Shown: positions 1-13,772 of the stretch, one piece after another | Position numbering within the stretch: position 1 is the first letter of the stretch | How the letters are laid out: each line of letters starts with the position of its first letter | Source of the DNA: Bugula neritina | Taxonomy: Eukaryota > Animalia > Bryozoa | Length of the DNA stretch: 64,000 nucleotides | Assembly (NCBI GenBank): GCA_964035545.1 | Contig: OZ037768.1 | Span: 19,079,700-19,143,699, forward strand | Direction: 5' to 3' | The notes under the pieces: model-generated | What the model saw: only the letters and a program-made list of their open reading frames with translations | What the model was told of the DNA's origin: nothing | Database searches by the model: none | Made by a program: the position numbers and the translations under genes

Positions 1-1019
1 CCTGGGGCAGCCATGTTCTGGCTGACAAAGATATCCTACAGCGGCTGTCTGTAGGCAAAGTTTTACCACATCTCAGTAATGAGTGGTTTATAGTTTCACC
101 ATCATTGCTACAGTTTGTGCTATTTACATAATGCAAGGTTCTGTTACAAAATCACTCTAATTTAGACTTTGTGTGTTTGGACTGATCCAAAGTTTTATCA
201 TTTAAACTGTTCTTAGCCTCTTATTTCATTCTAGTTGTTGGATAGCTTAATTCACAATGCAATATATCTTGAATAATATTAAATAATATATTATAATGCC
301 ATCAAAAAAGTTATTCAAGGAACATTTTGTATTTAAAACAATACTGGAATGCACATGATTCGAAAGTAGAAATATACACATGTCTTTACAAAATATCAAC
401 AACAAAAAATTTGACGTGCTACTATTTTAGAATAGTGCAACTATTTATGAAAAATTAATTGCTTATGTTTAAAAAATATACAAGTAGGTATAAATGGAAT
501 ACAATGACCACCTTGTTCAAAGTTATAGCAGGGCAATGAAGGGTGGAAGGTAGATGAAATGCCTGGTGTCTAAAAGTAATAATTTTATTTTTTCTGTTGA
601 TATTAATTCAATTCACAGTTAGTCTTTGTTTCAAGTTATTTGGTTGACCTACCGATCGGGTGCACTTATATAATAAGCTTTTTCATTCCATCAGTATTGA
701 CTCTTGTTTTTAGGCAGCTGAATTAGCACCAGTTTGTAGCAATTGTTCTTCTTAATTTTCGTGTAAACTGAAACAATAGAAGAAAGAAGTCGGACTCTTT
801 GAAACAAATCTATCAGAAAGATTTGCTAAAGCTTCAAGTCATATATGTATATATTCACTGAGCCACTGATATGCTGCCTGCTAAACCACAGGCAGCTCTT
901 TGATAATGAAATGCAGTTTGATTTGATAGCTGAGCTATTAATTGTAAAATAATACCTCAACAAAGCTTGTAACAAAATTCAAAGTTTATATAAAAAACAA
1001 ATTGATAGAAAAGATGTTG

Positions 1020-1203
1020 GCTAGCAGCAGCGTGCACGATTTCAAACAAAGAAACGGTCTCCTTTGGAACGCAACGCTGGGTGAGTACAGTTCAACCAAG
1101 GACTTGTAACCTACCACACGCAGATTAGTCAGCTTCTTTTACCTGCTCATAAGTTGACATCTCCTTTCAGTGATTCTATTCTGTCTTCTGAATAAATGCC
1201 GTA
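1020..1203 (+). other. Probable 5' UTR of the RGS22-like gene (non-coding exon ending 1080, intron 1081-1170)
   Basis: Strong donor GCTGG|GTGAGT at 1080/1081 and pyrimidine-rich acceptor CTCCTTTCAG| at 1170, upstream of the ATG at 1204. The transcription start is not determined. Confidence 0.55.
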
Positions 1204-4200
1204 ATGAATACTGTTGCTGGACGCCTAGTCTTTAAAATAGGTAAAGCTGAATCAAAGTTGTCTGCTCAACAAATACGTTGCAGCTTTTTTAATAATTGTT
1301 CCATGTGCCAATTTTACATTTTTACTTTATAAATAACCTAATTGGCGTTTTAGTCTGAGTCTAAAAATCTAAAAGTAGGTAATACTCTTAGTGCAAAAGT
1401 ATAATGTGGCATATTTATATGCCGCTGTACCAATTCTATAAATGATTTTATATGTACTTGAGATTTTAGTCTGTCTTGAAGTAATGGCCTACTCTTAGTG
1501 TAAAAGTATATTGTGCCATTTTTGTAAACTGATGTTTTTACTCGGTGTACCATGTACTCTAATATGTTATCCAGAATTTTGGGGTACTACTATAGTTATA
1601 TTATTAGGAAGTGTATATGCTAAGCTCTATTGCATCTGTATATTTTTTGAAGGAGATATACATAAAACACTATTTAAAAGGTTATACCCATCGAAGGCTA
1701 TTTGAACTAGCCATTCAAACTTATTGGATTGTATTAGAGCATGTATTGTATTGTTTGCTATAATCATTCAATGTGTTGAATTGTAATTATCTAAAGTAAA
1801 TAGCAACGCTGCAGCTCAGTTTCCTAACTAATTCCAAGTTTGTAACTCTATAACTACTACAAGTGTTTCCTAGAACTGCAGCTGTGTACACTTCACAATG
1901 TGACTAGGTGCAGTATAACTGAAAAATTGAGAAAAGTCTGCGTTCTAGATTAGAAATGTAGCAAACAAAGTTATGTTCTAAGAAAAATTTCAACCTGCAC
2001 CCCAAACCAAAAAAATTTATTAAGAAAATTGAAGAACTTAGACTATTTTAATTTTTCTACTACTGCACCTAAAGGTTTATATTTGCACGCAAAAAATTTG
2101 TTCAAATTTGCATTGGATTTTACATTGTATAGCCAATAAATCTGTTGGCAAATAACACCTCCTGCGTTAGAGGGTTGTCATCAACTTCTAGTGGTGCCAG
2201 AAAGTTGTAGACATGATGCTTCTGCATATTTTCATATTCAATACATGCGACTACAGCTAATAAATAGTCTAAGAATGTATTGCTTTGGAATGTCTATCTA
2301 AAAATAGTTAGCAATTAGCTAAACAAAATTGTTTGCATGGCCATTGGCAGTCAACCAACCCAAGTTTATATTTGCAATAGCAATAATTAAGCATCTTTTA
2401 AAGTTTTCAAATTATTAGTAAAAGTTTCTGTGGCTCAAACCTGCTATTGGCAGCTCAAGCTCTATTTTAATTTGAAATTGATGAGGTCAACTAAATAGAC
2501 ACAGTGAAAGATAAATTTAATTTAATTTAAGTTATTAATTTTTATTTACAGAACCTCCAAATCATATTGACCCAAGGGACCTAGTAAGTAACACATTATA
2601 TTTATATTGTATGTGTTGGTGTGCTCAGATTCAATGTAATTCATTTCATCTATTTATGGTATGTTATATCAAGACTAAGCAATCATTGATTCGTGATAAT
2701 ATGCAGGCTGCTATCAGAGTTATCGATGAAATGGTACTTAGTAGCTAAGCACTGCTATTCATTTAAATTAGTTAACTATACAAACATTAAATGGCAGTCT
2801 CCACGTACAATAGAATGCCATTCTGCCAGCTCACCTGTACTTTGCGTTGTAAAATTATAATATAAGTTGTAAGGATTATAAAGCACTGCTAAGGGTGTGA
2901 GCTTAAACTTAGATCTGTTGAGTATTACTTGACATTTAAATATTAATATGGCTGATGCTGAGATCGGGACTAAAAACTAACCCTATTAAGTAATGCTATC
3001 ATGGCACAGTCTAGATCAATTCGTTTGGTGAGAAACTTTATAATAATATTTTATGCTAATTTAAAAAAGTGACAATTGCATAAATTTGCTTTTCACTGTG
3101 TTTTGAACAGTAATTAAAGGAGGAAGAAAATAAACAAGAATTTTCATGTTTAAAACACTTTACTTTTAAAACTGGTTAAGCATGCTAGATTTGATCAGTT
3201 TTACTACCTTTAACCAGTTTCAGCAACAAAACATAGATGCCCATCTTTCAGTTCTTATTTTTTATTACGTATTCAATTACAGTAGTGTTAATAATAATAA
3301 ACTTCAAGTAAGCATTTGTATATGCTTTTTCATTCAGCTCTTGCTGATAGATCTAGGATTAGCTACTCTTAGTGACTAAATAAATGGTACTTCGTGTTAT
3401 AACAGCTAATAGCTATTTCATTGTTTATTTACGTGCAATAGCGTACATGTATTAGATCTTTACATTAACTAGCCTTTTGGAGGAATAAAAAATGCAATGC
3501 TGAATTTTCATACTTGAAGACTTTGTTATATTAAATATATTAAACTTGCGATGGGCTGCAATTAAAGTATTCAACGGTTTATTGGCAGTTTACCAATGTT
3601 TTGTGTTTATATGTGTACAAGATTTTGCATGTAATTGCTGTTTGAAATAGGTTGTACTCTACACATACACACACATAATAGAAAACAGTCAGAAATAGCA
3701 TTAGAATAAATAAAACCAGGTTTTTATAAATTGCTGTCTATTTTTTTCAGGAGGACGTTTTAGCAACAGATGAGCTATTTTTAAATTACTTCAACGAGTT
3801 TCTAGCACTTCCGGTAAGTTGATAACATCTTTTATTATTTTTGGCGTAGCATTTTCTATCTTTTCAATAATTTTTTCACCTGTTTTTTTGCGAAGTTGGT
3901 ACGTATATTTTCGGCACTCTTGAACTATCCTTTACAGTAATAAGTCACCTGGTATGGCATAGCATTATTCTTACATTTTATAAAAGATCACAAAATATAA
4001 GTTATATAATAAAATAATATTTTGAGAAGCTAAATGGGTGAATGAAGTTTGTTTAATATCTTGTACAAGTGCTGCAATGCTCATACAGGAAGTGCAATTG
4101 TCATTTACTAATTATAGTCAAAGGCGGACAGTAGGAAATGATATAATAGACTACACACATTAATCAATAACCTTATTGTATATATTGTAAAGACTGAAGG

Positions 4201-6848
4201 TGCTACTATATTTAGAGCCAGTGAATATTGGCACAGGCCTGTCTGATTTATAGACTGTCTACTCATAATTTGCCTAAAATCTGCACCTTTGTGAACACAC
4301 CTGATGGTTAAGGACTTTAAGTGGGCTCATGACTTGAGTCTAAGTAGCACAAATTCTCTGCTTGACATCATCACTGGCCCTGCTGGGATTAGAACCTGCA
4401 GTCTAGCGTGCCATAGGCTATAGCTGTAACCTCTATAGTCTTAAGGCCACCACTGTTCCTCTTTTAGCTATCTAAAGTAAATCCTTATGTTAACAGTTAT
4501 AGTAAGGGGTAAAAATGTAGTCTTGAGAATTATATTTTATTGTTAATTAAAGTTTGTAAAAGCTCTATGCTGAGTGAGAATTATATTTCATTGATTATTA
4601 TGGAAATTATAAACCTCAAGAATTCTCACCTATATAATTGGTAACATAACGGAAAGAATAGTTAATGCTGCATCCACAGAAACACTAAAATTTAAATGTT
4701 TTCTTCCCGTTACTTTATTTTGAAAAATGACCACGATATGCACGGCTATGGTATGTAAAAATGTTTTCATTAACAAGTTGAGCCAGCAAACAAAGGCTCT
4801 CTGTTATTAGAGTTATCTTCCCTTTCTTACTATCTACACAATAAAAAGCAAGGTGAATTTGTTATGCTGTTTTGCAATGCTTTGATCTTACTGCTTAATT
4901 TTATATTGTATTGAAAGCTGGTGCAAGCTGTTTAAAATTCAGTATTACATAGTATTTTGATGTTGAGTCACTATTTTGTAGCTATTTTTACTGTAAGTTA
5001 AACTTGGCTCAAATATGTTTCAAGATCAAAATAGCCAAATTCTCTCAATCCCCGAAAGACAAATTTTAACTTTGACCTTCACTCTATACACATAGCCTAA
5101 GTGTTTCACACACACACACACACGCACACATATATATATAGAGTTGTGTTTGCATGCAGACGTTCCCTGAAGCTCTTTTCTTCAACAAGAACACGGGCTG
5201 GTTTGAGATTGTGGATGGAGCAAAGCAAAAGCTGTCCAAAAAGATAAAAGCAGCTGCCAGAGCTTCCCAGAAGCAGCCTAAAATCTATAAAGCTGTTAGA
5301 CAACACAGTTTTGCTAATCTCCCAGTAATACCTCTAGAAGATGAAGTAGACTTGGGTCCTGAGGAGATAGACACCAGCCTAACAATTACCGTTGGTTCAC
5401 TGCTATTACTTTTATATATATTATGGTTGTAGGGTATTACATTGCTAATATCCAACAATTTTGCAATGAAAAGATTTTATTCTCAATTTTTAGCAGTCTA
5501 CTTATATTTGTTAGAACACAATTATTACCAATTGGACAACTACTACATATGCTATGGCTTATAGAACCGTAGCTTCATACAAAACATTAATGCAAAAATA
5601 ATTATTTAGGCATATCTAGTTATTAAGGAATAGTTTCTGCTAAATATGCAGGTTTTACCTGCAAGAACTATAGGGCGTTGTTCATTTTGTTGTAATTTGT
5701 CTCTATATGTATAATATTGCAAAAACAATACCTGCAGGAAATACAACCTTTTTAAATTAATTACTTTAGTTGGTTGAAATCACTGCAGCTACTTAACAGC
5801 TTGCATGACTAACAAAAGTTGTAAGTAATTTTGTTATATGTTTTATACCCTCAAGCAAGGTCAAGTAATCAGTTGAGCTAAAATTAAAAAATCAGTCCAA
5901 GGAGCTGCAAGCTAAACATGAGCTAAAGTTACTATTCTATTGCAGTGATGAAGCAATAAGATTTTTAAGATTGACCTGCTTTCCGATTGCTGTGAAAAGA
6001 GTTTCAATGGTTATCATATAGGCATATCCATATTTTCTGAAACTGTGTGCAATTTAACAGTTTCTAGAGTTTAGTTGGGATTATTTAAAACTGGCATAGA
6101 TCAAACCATGAAATATAAAACAATGCCCTAGCTGTCATGGTTTTATCTAATAGAATAAATTTTTTAGCAGCGATACACTAAACATTTACATTATTTTCAG
6201 TAGTTGGCAGCAAAGAATTCATTTGCTCTAGCTTAAAGAGATGCCTAAAAATATATAATTCAGAGTTGATTTTGAATAGATTACTATGATGCGCTATTCC
6301 TAACTTGGACTGCTTTATATGCCTATCTGCTTGCCTAGAATATAATTTATACGAGTTAATATCTACAGTCTCTCTATTATAGAACCTTTGAAGCCTATTT
6401 TTAGATTACTATCTTCTAGTGCCATATTTTTATTTTTTTAGACTTTAAATAAAGAGCAAGGTTTGAGGTGGATTAAAGATCATAGGTTTCCTGCCTTCCT
6501 ACAAAGTGATCTTTATATAGAATATAGACTCGCCAAAATACTGTCTCAGGTAATATTATTGCCCCATACATTGGAAGACATTACAATGATACACTATAGT
6601 TTTTATTGGCACATTAAATGCATTCATCAATTAACTGTTCTCAGTATTGCTCACTATTTTCAATTTCATTACGTCTTGTGTGTGCGTGTGTGTGCGTGTG
6701 TGTGCGTGTGTGTGCGTGTGTGTGCGTGTGTGTGCGTGTGTGTGCGTGTGTGCGCGTGTGTGCGCGTGTGTGTGCGTGTGTGTGCGTGTGTGTGCGTGTG
6801 TGTGCGTGTGTGTGCGTGTGTGCGCGTGTGTGTGCGTGTGTGTGCGTG

Positions 6849-6887
<39 letters not shown>

Positions 6888-9800
6888 AGATATAATAATT
6901 ATAGACTATAGACAATTTTTTTGTAAATAAAAAAACTACTATTTAGCTTGGTATGTTATTTGGCAAGTAAAATAATCAAAGCACGCCAAGTAAAAGATTC
7001 AACTAGACTGCTTCTATATACACATGTACCTATACGTACATAAATGCATGCATATAATAGACATAAATAAACCACTGTTCTATTTATAGACTAATGACAC
7101 AGACGGAGAAAAGAAAAGCAATGTGCCCATCCAACTGGACTACACACCTCATCCAATCAAGATCAGACCTGGTGATATTGTGGAGGAGGAATCAGAAGAT
7201 GATTCTGAACAGCTTCTCAAGAATATGTGAGGGCTTTACACTCTCATTGCTCTTAAAGTTTAATACTACAATACTGTTATATTATATAAATACAATAGTT
7301 GTATTCTGGTACACTGACTATAGATGCAGATGATATCTTTTGAAATATTACTAGCAGCCGGCTAATTTAGAGCAGAGTTTTGGGACTATTTACTCACGAC
7401 TAAAAATATACACAATGGCATCTCTTTAACAATGCAGTGCTTGTATTTTATTCTCTACCTTGGGGAGGTGTGTCTGTATTACTTCAATAGGTGTGTCTGT
7501 ATTACATCAACAGGTGTGTCTGTATTACATCAGCAAGTGTGTCTGTATTACATCAACAGGTGTGTCTGTATTACATCAGCAAGTGTGCTTGTATTACATC
7601 ATCAGGTGTGTCTGTATTACATCAACAAGTGTGTATATATTACTTCAACAGGTGTGTCTGTATGGGTGAAGCTCATCCTACAGAAACGGAAGCATTTCTG
7701 AGCAAAGCCAGGTTGCTGGAGGGAACTACAACTACTGGTATTACAACTCAATCCCGTCCCATTTCCAGTCTAATCACACCAACCAGTGACCTCGGAAGGT
7801 TTGTTTATTCAAGTTACAATCCAAATATTCAACTTTGGATGGCCAAAAAGTTTCAATTTTTTTGTTGTGTGGGAAATAATTGTTGTGCTGCATTTGCATG
7901 TGTTTTCAATAAGCATTTAAAAAGTTAGTAATCATTAGTATTATATTATATGCTTACTAGTTTGGAGTTCTTTTCAACTTATACCACGGCATCTTTGTTA
8001 AAGTGATAAAAATTAAGAAACTAATCTTCTCTATGAAATCAACATCACCCTGTGGTAGTCATGCTAAACTTTCATTTAATTTCAGTAGCACAGATGAAGA
8101 AATATCATCTAGACTCTTCACCCCAAAGAAAGTGAAATCCGTAACTCCTAGACCTAACGATGTTGTGTGTCACACCACAGAACTTACAGCCAGGCCAGGT
8201 CTGTACTAAATCTTTCGTAGCTTACTTAAACTTTTAGATGCAGGTGTTACCATGTGATGTATATCATTTGACCAACTATATCATCTTTCTTGAAAATGCA
8301 GACAATGAGTTTAGAAACAGTACGATTTTACTAATTAGGTATATTAAGACATTTTCTTTTCTATTGGTGCTACTAAACATGCTCATTAATATAATGTTTT
8401 ATCTTCTTTAACTTGAAAATTTTTACTTTTGGATACAAAACAATTACATCAAACCACTTAATAAATAGCTTTGTGAAAAGTCTCATGCAGAAGTTTCCAG
8501 ATCTCAACTTGTAATTTTTCACTTATTGTTAGTTAAGCAGTATTCCTATTTACTGTTGTTTGTAATAGATGTAGAAGAACCAGCATGGAAGAACACTACA
8601 GGAGCGCAGGTGTATGTCACCCCTGTTGTGGGAAATGAAGATGGTGTGCATCAGGCTACATACCTTGAGGAACTTGAGCGTCTTGCCGCCGAATCTACTC
8701 TCACCAATCAAGCCACTCATCCATCTGAGGACCCAGAAGTAACTGGAGATCTTGTCTTCCAGTCAGTAGATGAGGTGAGTAAAGCTTAATAACCAAAGGG
8801 TTTGCTTAGAACAGCAAAGCTAACACCTCTCCTAAACTGTTATTATCAAAACCTCTGTAGTCCCTGTGGTGTAAGCCAGAGGTCTCGAACTCGAATCCCA
8901 GTGAGCCAAAAGTGTTTAGATAAACATTAGAGGTTACAGTTGAACTATTGCAGTAAAGTTTTATCATTGACTATAATAATCATCAAATTGATTCTTTGTG
9001 GGTCATACAGATAATAATATGTTTATATATTGTCATATTTAACCCTTGATTAACTTATATGTCTATGCTTTATTGTACCAATATTTGCTAAAGCAGCTTT
9101 TACAAATGTTGGCTTTGGTGTCTGAAGTAGCTTTATAGTAGACCTCAGCCCAGTTTCTCTAAGCTTGCAGCTGATATTTCTAAAACTGCAGGACTAATAA
9201 TTGTAGCTAGAAAAAATAAGTCCGAAATGCATTTTTAACTCTTGAAACTTTAGAAACTAATACACAAGTTCATTCAACATAGAACAAAAAATATAATTTG
9301 TACTTTTTACCCAATCTAAAATTCTATATAACTATTCTTTATTTATATTTATTAGATGTCATCTGTGATAGCCGGAACTGTGCTGAAATATATGCTAGCA
9401 GAGTTTAACCACAGTCAGCCTGAGGTCTATGCTCATCACAAGGCAGTTAGGGACTTGGTGGGAGAGCCCACACTGAGAGATTATTCTCTCATTGAAATAG
9501 ATAATGCTTCTTGTGAAAGAGTTTTGGAGTCGTCTCAGCCAACCAACACGCAGGTACACATAGTAATCACTGTTTTATGTTTAATAAGTTCCTAGTATTC
9601 TAATTTGCATTAGTTGAACTTTCAATTTTCTAGTTATTGCTTTTCTACATTTTTAAGAATTATTTTTGCTGATGCACATTGTCACAGAGCTGGTATACAG
9701 TGTAACTGTTATTTTTGAAGTACCTGTTTGAAAATATTGTAATGTTTCATTCAGAATTAAAAATGAGATGAGATTATAACCATTTGTTATAGAGTTGTGT

Positions 9801-12800
9801 GGAATACCGGAATTTTATTAACCTGAACTATATCAATATAGCATCTGCTTTTATACTCTTGACACAATAATATAAAAATTGTATTTTACAATGTTTGTAT
9901 GATTTATGTGAAGCTGACATTATTCATATACAGGATAATGGGATGACTAATCAATGTAAACAGCTATTGCGCAATAATACGTCACCCCATGTCATACTGA
10001 CAAGTATAATAAAGTGCAGGTTAGTATCAAAGGATCATAATATATAATGATTTATAGTGTAGAATTTGTGGCATACAGGTAGTTGAAGCTCCACCTGATA
10101 CAAACAAAAACCAGCCCCCTGAAAGTGAAGTGAAACACTTGGCAGCGCGATTAGAAAGTGAGGAAGACTCCGTTCTTGGCAGCGATGATGACTATGAAGA
10201 AGATAGAGATGACTATTTTCGAAAAAATCAGAACAAAAAGTTTTACCCATTGGACTGCAAAAAGGTGTGCAAGTTTTAATTGACGCCATCTCTCTTTGAA
10301 TTTTTTTTAAAACTAGTTTGCCTTTAGAACAGCTTATAACTAAAGTATAAAGTTATAGTGAACAAATTTTAATTTTCTAAGATTTTACTGTGAGATTCTT
10401 GAAAAATTTAGACCTAGTTTTATTAACCTAATCGACTCACTATAACCTAGTTAATATAAAACTAACACATGCCATTGGCTTTATTTCACTTATATAATAT
10501 TGGTTATAAAATGTCAGGTTAACTTTGTTATTCTATTTTTACAAACTCTAAGAGTGATACTAAAGTGATAACCTAAACTAGTATACTTGTTCTGCGTATG
10601 CAATGCATTCAATATATTTTTGTACGCAAACATTCTAATTTTATTAGTAAGTATCAGTAGCTGGTAAACTTACTTAGTACCATATAGACTAATCATATAT
10701 TACCTCTTCCAGAACCGACTGCTAAGATATTTGTGCACATCCTCTATAAAATGTACACCAATAAGCTGTACAAATGTTCCTTCTATAAGAACATACCTGT
10801 GCATGTTTACATCGTATCATACAAAATGAGTTGAGGGTAATACATATGACTATTTCTTATATTTATACATAAAGAAAGCACCCTGATGACATAATATAGT
10901 GTTTTAACTTTTAGGGAATAGATGAATTCAAAAGTTTCTTAAAGGGAACGTCAGGTGAAAAACACTGGATGCTGTGGATTGATATTGATAGAGCGAGGAC
11001 CCTTGGTGTAGATAACATAGATATGCAAATGTAAGTTCTATAGGTAATTACAGACCCTGTGCAACAATTATACTATGTGCATTGAAATGCCTTGTTTGAG
11101 CACATCATTTGTGCTGTAAAATATTCATTTAGGTTAAGAGATTTAATAAGAATATGAGTAACAGATGCACTATACATTTAAATTTCTGTCTTAATTTTTT
11201 AAAATGTTTATTGTCAATTTATCTGATGAGAAAATCAAACAGTTTTTTGAATGAAAGATGTAGTGAAATTTATTCAAAGTTTTTAAGTTGTGCTATACCC
11301 ACAGCTCTTTACAGACAAGCTGTGCCTACAGCCTAGTTCTCAAAAGCAGCCACTTGGCAAAAGTCATGCTAGTGGACATGTCACGTCAGATAGCAAGATG
11401 ATATTGCCGACCGGTGTCATTTTGGTGAAGTGTAGTTAAATTTGGAAGCACAATAAACTAGAGCACCACCGAAAATTAAAATGAAAACCTGGCCTAGTTC
11501 ACTATAAAGGATAAAATAGATTCACAATGTTCTATTCTCCCCCCTCGGAAGTTTGTGTTGTAGCTCTTACAAAGCTTTAAAACCATGTTAGAATATAGCA
11601 AAGTATTGCTTCAGACAGGTCAAACATTATACTTACCTTAAAATCATGTTCTTTTGCACTTACTTCTTGAAAATAGTCAAGCTTTTCTTATAAACACTAA
11701 GGCTTTGATTAGCGTTGTTGCAGAATATTATGTTAAATTATTATCAAATGAAGTTTGCAGTCTTATGTCCTTCCATGCAGGTAAAGTTTGAGTAGTATTA
11801 TCAATACACACTCATCATAAGTCACGTGTCCTGTGATGTAACCCTCAGGTATATAGAAGATGTTAGAGACCGCTACCACAAAAAAGGTGCTGTGTTTGAA
11901 CTGCCTCTTGGTACTAAACAGAAACTGAACTTGGTGGACTCATCTCAGTGGACGATGGAACGGTTGTACAGTTTACAGAACAGTATAGCAGAACCAATTC
12001 TTGTCTATTGGTAAGTTTTATACATTATTAATAATTGTTATAATTTTCAGAGTGCTATATTCTAAAACTGGAAATATTAGGTATTAAAATACAGGTGTAT
12101 GATTTTTTAGTAAAATTTTCACAACTTATATAACATAATTTTATTGATGCTTTTAGTTTTAGTAAATTCTATCTATTTTTAGTAAACTTCTGCGAGTGTC
12201 AAGTCTTGCATTAAATTGCACACATCCTTTATTTGCTGCACATCATAAGAAAAAAGTTGCATCTAAAAAGAAAGTTAGCCATATGCTTCAGAGCCTAAAT
12301 AATATGTTCTTTGAATGCAATAGTTTTTATAGCTAAATGAAACATATTTTCAGATTTTAGCATATGCAAAAGTGCAAAATCTTTGACAATTATCTTAATT
12401 ATTTGAACTCAAAGATAGACAGGTATTGCATCTAGATATAGCCTACCTGTTAATTTCATACTCTTATATATTTTTTTCAGGGCTCCCCGTTATGTAGTAA
12501 AAAATCAAATAAAGGCATATCCTTGCGACGCAAATGCCGACTACAAGCACCAAAAGTTGGTGAGGGTTTCATCAGCCAAACGTCAAATGAATACTCATCC
12601 TGAACCTAGAACCAGCAGCTTGCTTCCTCTTAGACCAAAGAGTTGTAGGCCAAGTGTCAGAACAACAAAGATGGAGATAGATGAACTTTATGCTGTGCCA
12701 ACACCCAAGGTGAGTCGATGTATTATCGTTCGAAGTCTTTTCTTTAAACTATGTTGCGGCTATGTTGAATAGTTTTTGCACTTTCATACGGTTTTCTCGA

Positions 12801-13676
12801 CTTGCAAACTCATCAAAAGATCATAGATTCAAAATCCTAATTTTAATCAAGTTGAGTGATTTTTGAATTAAATATTTCACATATATTCTAGGACTTTGTG
12901 TGGCAACCCCCTGCAACGGTACCTCTGCCAGAAACCCCAACACCAATTGGCCGAAGAAGAACTCATGCCATTGATTCTGTGAAGGTGTGCGTCGATCATG
13001 CTGCAGGCAAGAAACAGAGAAAAGATCATGAAGCTAAGACTAGTAGAGCACCACTTCACCCTTCTCTACGGTAGGAATTACATTCTTACAACTAGTTCAC
13101 TTCTGTGCAGTAGCTTCCTCTCTAATAATTTGTTTCTTTGTTGATTCTTCCAGCTTAATTTAGGCAATATTTAGCATTTTGCTAGACATTCTATGTTCTT
13201 CATAACATCTTGTTTTTAGCTAGTTCACTTGTAGACTTTACCACCTTTTCTTTTACTTGCGCATATTTAATTAGCTTTTATTAAAACTAATATGCCAGGG
13301 TTAAGGCAAGGCCCCACAGTGCTGGCGCATTCAACTTAACCTCCAATCAAACTAAGCCTAGTAGACCCAGACCAGCTACGGCTTCTGCTGCACTTCTACA
13401 CAGTAGAAACAGGTATAGCCAGATCTCTAAATCTGACCTTGCAGTCTTTCATATTTACTAATTTAACATGTTATAATAATTCAATGATTTTGCTTAGATA
13501 TGTAAAAAACTATCCTATTCCTTCTTTTTGTGACCCTGAGTTGAGAATTAAGCAAATGATTTTTAAAAGAAATTAGCATTTACCTAAAACCGAATTTTAT
13601 TTTACTTAATATAAATGTACATAATACATAGTATATAATGTATGATATATGAAATATTATATATATGGTATACCGC

Positions 13677-13772
<96 letters not shown>

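Noticed and set aside
1-131. Open frame WGSHVLADKDILQRLSVGKVLPHLS...* at the window edge
   Set aside because: It could be the end of an upstream gene, but it is too short and unrecognisable to call.
6550-6930. Cys/Val-rich ORFs (CVCVRV)
   Set aside because: Translations of the TG microsatellite beyond the real donor at 6549.
7466-7663. CRISPR-like appearance of the 23-bp repeats (also the 28- and 30-bp arrays)
   Set aside because: Units are head-to-tail with no unique spacers, there are no cas genes, and the context is a eukaryotic intron.
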